This document shows positions 61,518 to 64,000 of a DNA stretch of 64,000 nucleotides, piece after piece. Origin of the DNA: Alphaproteobacteria bacterium (GTDB lineage: Bacteria > Pseudomonadota > Alphaproteobacteria > CALKHQ01); assembly GCA_965227515.1 (NCBI GenBank), contig CBDDFZ010000001.1, forward strand, positions 1,376,001-1,440,000, in the 5' to 3' direction. Position numbers and translations under genes: made by a program. Below the pieces are notes generated by a model. It was given only the letters and a program-made list of their open reading frames with translations, did no database searches and had not been told where the DNA came from. Each line of letters opens with the position of its first letter. Within the stretch, counting starts at the first letter, position 1.

Positions 61518-62729
61518 CTACCAGCCTTCCTTCGGCTGCACCTCGGCGGCGCCGTCCATGTTGGATGACGTCACGCCACGGAACACGCCGTCCTGCCACT
61601 GGCCCACCGTCCAGTAGCGGTTGGAGTTCTGGTTATCGAAATTGATCGGCCCCATGATGGTGTCGAAGGCGTTGTCCTTGATGTACTGGGTCACCGCCTC
61701 GCGGTCGACGCGGCCGACGCCCTCGATCGCCGCCTGCAGGATCTGCAAGCTGGCGTAGGTGTTGGCCGAGGCCCAGTAGTCAGGCTCCTGTCCGGTGATC
61801 TCCAGATGCGCGGCGCGGTAGGCCTGCATTTCCGGCGTATCCGGGTTCACGCCGCCGGCGCCCAGCGTGTTGTTGATCTTGTCGCCGAAGGCATCGCGGT
61901 AGGCCGGGAACGACGAGGCGACAGCGGTGTAGAACGCGCGCACGTCCAGGTTCTCGATGATCGCCTGCTCGGTCAGGCCGAATGTGTCCGGCGGGTACGA
62001 CCATGCCACGAATGCATCGGGGTTGGCGTCCTTCGCGCCCTTCATCACCGGCGACAGGTCGGGCGTGCCCAGCGGATAGGACTGGTCGTAGACCAGCTCG
62101 AAATCCGCGGCCTCCAAGATCGGACGTGCGGCATCGGCCAGCTCGATGCCGAAAGCGTCGGCGACGTTGACCGTGGCCACGCGGCTGCCGATCTGGCCCG
62201 CGTCGCGCATGCCGACAAGCACGTCGCGCACACCCTCGACGAAGGCCGTGGTCGTCCCCAGCGTGAAGAACAGGCCAGGATAGCGGCCGGTCAGTTCGCC
62301 AACCTGATCGGAAATCGAGGTCACGGCGATCTGCGGGTAGCCGTTGTCCGAATAGATGGGCGCCGCGGCGACGTTGAAGCCGGTGCCGTAGGGCGCGATG
62401 ATGAAATCGACCTCGTCCTGGTTGGCCAGCCGCTGCACCGCCTTGATGTGCTCCGACGGGTTGGTCTGGTCGTCGTACTGGATCAGCTCGATCATGGCCG
62501 GCCCGCCTTCGAGCTGGAGGCCGCCGGCGTCGTTGACCTGTTGCACCCACATTTCGATGTTCGGCCAGTGGGTGACGGCAGCGCCGCCTGCCAGGGGGCC
62601 GGTGCGTGGTGCCACCGCGCCGATCTTGACGATGGCGTCCTGCGCCCGCGCGGCACGCGACAGCATGGATGTGGCGGCCGCACCGGTCAGTCCCGCGCCG
62701 GTGGTGGCCAGAAAATCGCGTCTCTTCAT
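61518..62729 (-). CDS. Tat-exported ABC substrate-binding protein (Leu/Ile/Val-type fold)
   Basis: MKRRDFL twin-arginine signal; APYGTGFN motif; heads the liv-like operon. Confidence 0.88.
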   Translation of the reverse strand: MKRRDFLATTGAGLTGAAATSMLSRAARAQDAIVKIGAVAPRTGPLAGGAAVTHWPNIEMWVQQVNDAGGLQLEGGPAMIELIQYDDQTNPSEHIKAVQRLANQDEVDFIIAPYGTGFNVAAAPIYSDNGYPQIAVTSISDQVGELTGRYPGLFFTLGTTTAFVEGVRDVLVGMRDAGQIGSRVATVNVADAFGIELADAARPILEAADFELVYDQSYPLGTPDLSPVMKGAKDANPDAFVAWSYPPDTFGLTEQAIIENLDVRAFYTAVASSFPAYRDAFGDKINNTLGAGGVNPDTPEMQAYRAAHLEITGQEPDYWASANTYASLQILQAAIEGVGRVDREAVTQYIKDNAFDTIMGPINFDNQNSNRYWTVGQWQDGVFRGVTSSNMDGAAEVQPKEGW

Positions 62730-62883
62730 CGTGTCCTCCCCAATGGCGGCCGGTGTGCCATGGCAGCATGCCTGGTTCCGACCTTATGCGGGCCGATTAT
62801 GCCAAGCCGAAACCGATTTGGCTTGTCTAATTTAGAAGGATACCAATGTGCGGCCCGCACCATATCGGTTGGCCGGCCGCCGC

Positions 62884-63741
62884 TCAGCTCTTCACCGCGC
62901 CCGCCGTCAGGCCGGCCACGATGTGCTTCTGTGCCAGCAGGAACATGATGATCGCCGGCACGATGGTGAGGGTGACGTAGGCGAGCAGCGGCGGCCAGTT
63001 GGTCATGTACTCGCCCTGGAACTGCATGATGCCGAGCGGCCAGGGGAACATATCGTCGCTGGTCAGCATCACGAGCGGCAGCAGATAGTTGTTCCAGCTC
63101 TGCACGAAGGTGAACACCGCCACCGTCGACAGGATCGGGCGCGAGAGCGGCAGGGTGATCGACCAGAAGAAGCGGACATAGCTCGACCCGTCGATGAGGG
63201 CCGCGTCCAGCAGGTCGGCGGGCAGTTGCTTGAAGTAGCTGCGGAACAGCAGGATGGAGAGGCCGAGACCGAAGGCGGTCTGCGGCAGCACCACCCCCCA
63301 ATAGCTGTCGAGCAGGCCCAGGTCGCGGATCTTGATGAACAGCGGCAGCACGGCGGTCGCCGCCGGGAACAACAGCCCCAGCATGAAATAGGCGAACAGG
63401 TAGCGGTCGCCGGCGAACTTCACGTGCGCGAACAGGAACGCGACCATGGCGCCGGTGATGACGGTCAGGATCACCGACAGGACGGCGATGACCAGCGAGT
63501 TCCACAGCAACTGCCAGAACCGGTTGCCCTGCAGGATGTCGAGGTAGTTCTCCCAGACGAACTCGGTGGGGATGCCGAACGGGTCGGTACGCAGTTCGCC
63601 GAGGGTCTTGAAGCCGCCAAGTGCGGTGGCCAGCAGCGGCACCAGCACCAGACCGGCGACGAACAGCAGCGCGATGTACTTCCACACCAGGGAGGTGTCG
63701 AACGCCGGCCCGGCGGTGCGCCCTTCGGTGGTGCTCGTCAT
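62884..63741 (-). CDS. Carbohydrate ABC transporter permease (MalG-like)
   Basis: WENY, NSL, DAALIDG EAA-like loop, WNNYLLPL and GLTAGAVK motifs. Confidence 0.9.
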   Translation of the reverse strand: MTSTTEGRTAGPAFDTSLVWKYIALLFVAGLVLVPLLATALGGFKTLGELRTDPFGIPTEFVWENYLDILQGNRFWQLLWNSLVIAVLSVILTVITGAMVAFLFAHVKFAGDRYLFAYFMLGLLFPAATAVLPLFIKIRDLGLLDSYWGVVLPQTAFGLGLSILLFRSYFKQLPADLLDAALIDGSSYVRFFWSITLPLSRPILSTVAVFTFVQSWNNYLLPLVMLTSDDMFPWPLGIMQFQGEYMTNWPPLLAYVTLTIVPAIIMFLLAQKHIVAGLTAGAVKS

Positions 63742-63758
63742 TGTGCACCTTCAAGGCT

Positions 63759-63889
63759 GTCATCCTTGACCGAAGCGAAGCGGAGCGTCGAGGATCCATG
63801 GCTGGCCTCGCGCGATGACCGAAATGGATCCTCGGCGCTACGCCCCTCGCTTGCCTTTCGGCAAACTCGTGGCTTCAGCCAAGGATGAC
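63759..63889. repeat. Family F palindromic element within the ABC operon
   Basis: GTCATCCTTG...CGAGGATCCAT ... ATGGATCCTCG...CAAGGATGAC. Confidence 0.78.
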
Positions 63890-63937
63890 AATGGAGGGTG
63901 GCCGTGCTCAGCGTTGCGTCGTTGTGAGGCACATCAG

Positions 63938-64000
63938 TCATTGCGCATCGCCGTGCGCTTGTAGGTGAACGCGAACACCACGCAGATGATGAACAACACC
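63938..64000 (-). CDS. 3' end of an upstream ABC permease (partial)
   Basis: Reads ..GVFIICVVFAFTYKRTAMRND*, a terminal TM plus basic tail; truncated by the window edge. Confidence 0.6.
   Translation of the reverse strand, partial: GVVHHLRGVRVHLQAHGDAQ

Noticed and set aside
62826-62845. Irr/ICE box upstream of the binding-protein gene
   Set aside because: Only the TTTAGAA half matches; the short palindrome TCTAATTTAGA alone is not enough.

Overview
High-GC alphaproteobacterial chromosome segment. The gene order flgB-flgC-fliE-fliQ-fliR-flhB-cckA-recA-alaS, plus chpT and trcR, points to a Rhodospirillales-like organism. Most of the window is housekeeping or metabolic: a two-subunit NAD-linked formate dehydrogenase, a flagellar export cluster with csrA, map, sfsA, radC, dhaK, acetoacetate-CoA ligase, egtBD and ABC transporters. 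There is no prophage, CRISPR array, rRNA or tRNA. The most unusual signals are mostly non-coding. (1) egtBD is preceded by a palindromic operator, a good sigma70 promoter and a ~100-nt three-way-junction RNA ending in a terminator-like hairpin, a candidate undescribed riboswitch or attenuator. (2) A nickel-SOD operon (sodN-sodX) is led by a tiny HPGH membrane protein, with a Fur-type box over the -35 and a ~110-nt structured leader. (3) A RAYT transposase bracketed by two inverted GTAG REPs sits inside the formate dehydrogenase operon and supplies the upstream gene's stop codon. (4) Three RTX-repeat genes share an ECF-like promoter motif. (5) An alpha-r8/SuhB-like sRNA candidate lies behind a perfect CtrA box. 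(6) At least six families of palindromic intergenic repeats occur, one inside a small ORF translationally coupled on both sides. Product calls come from motif recognition only; no database search or folding program was run.
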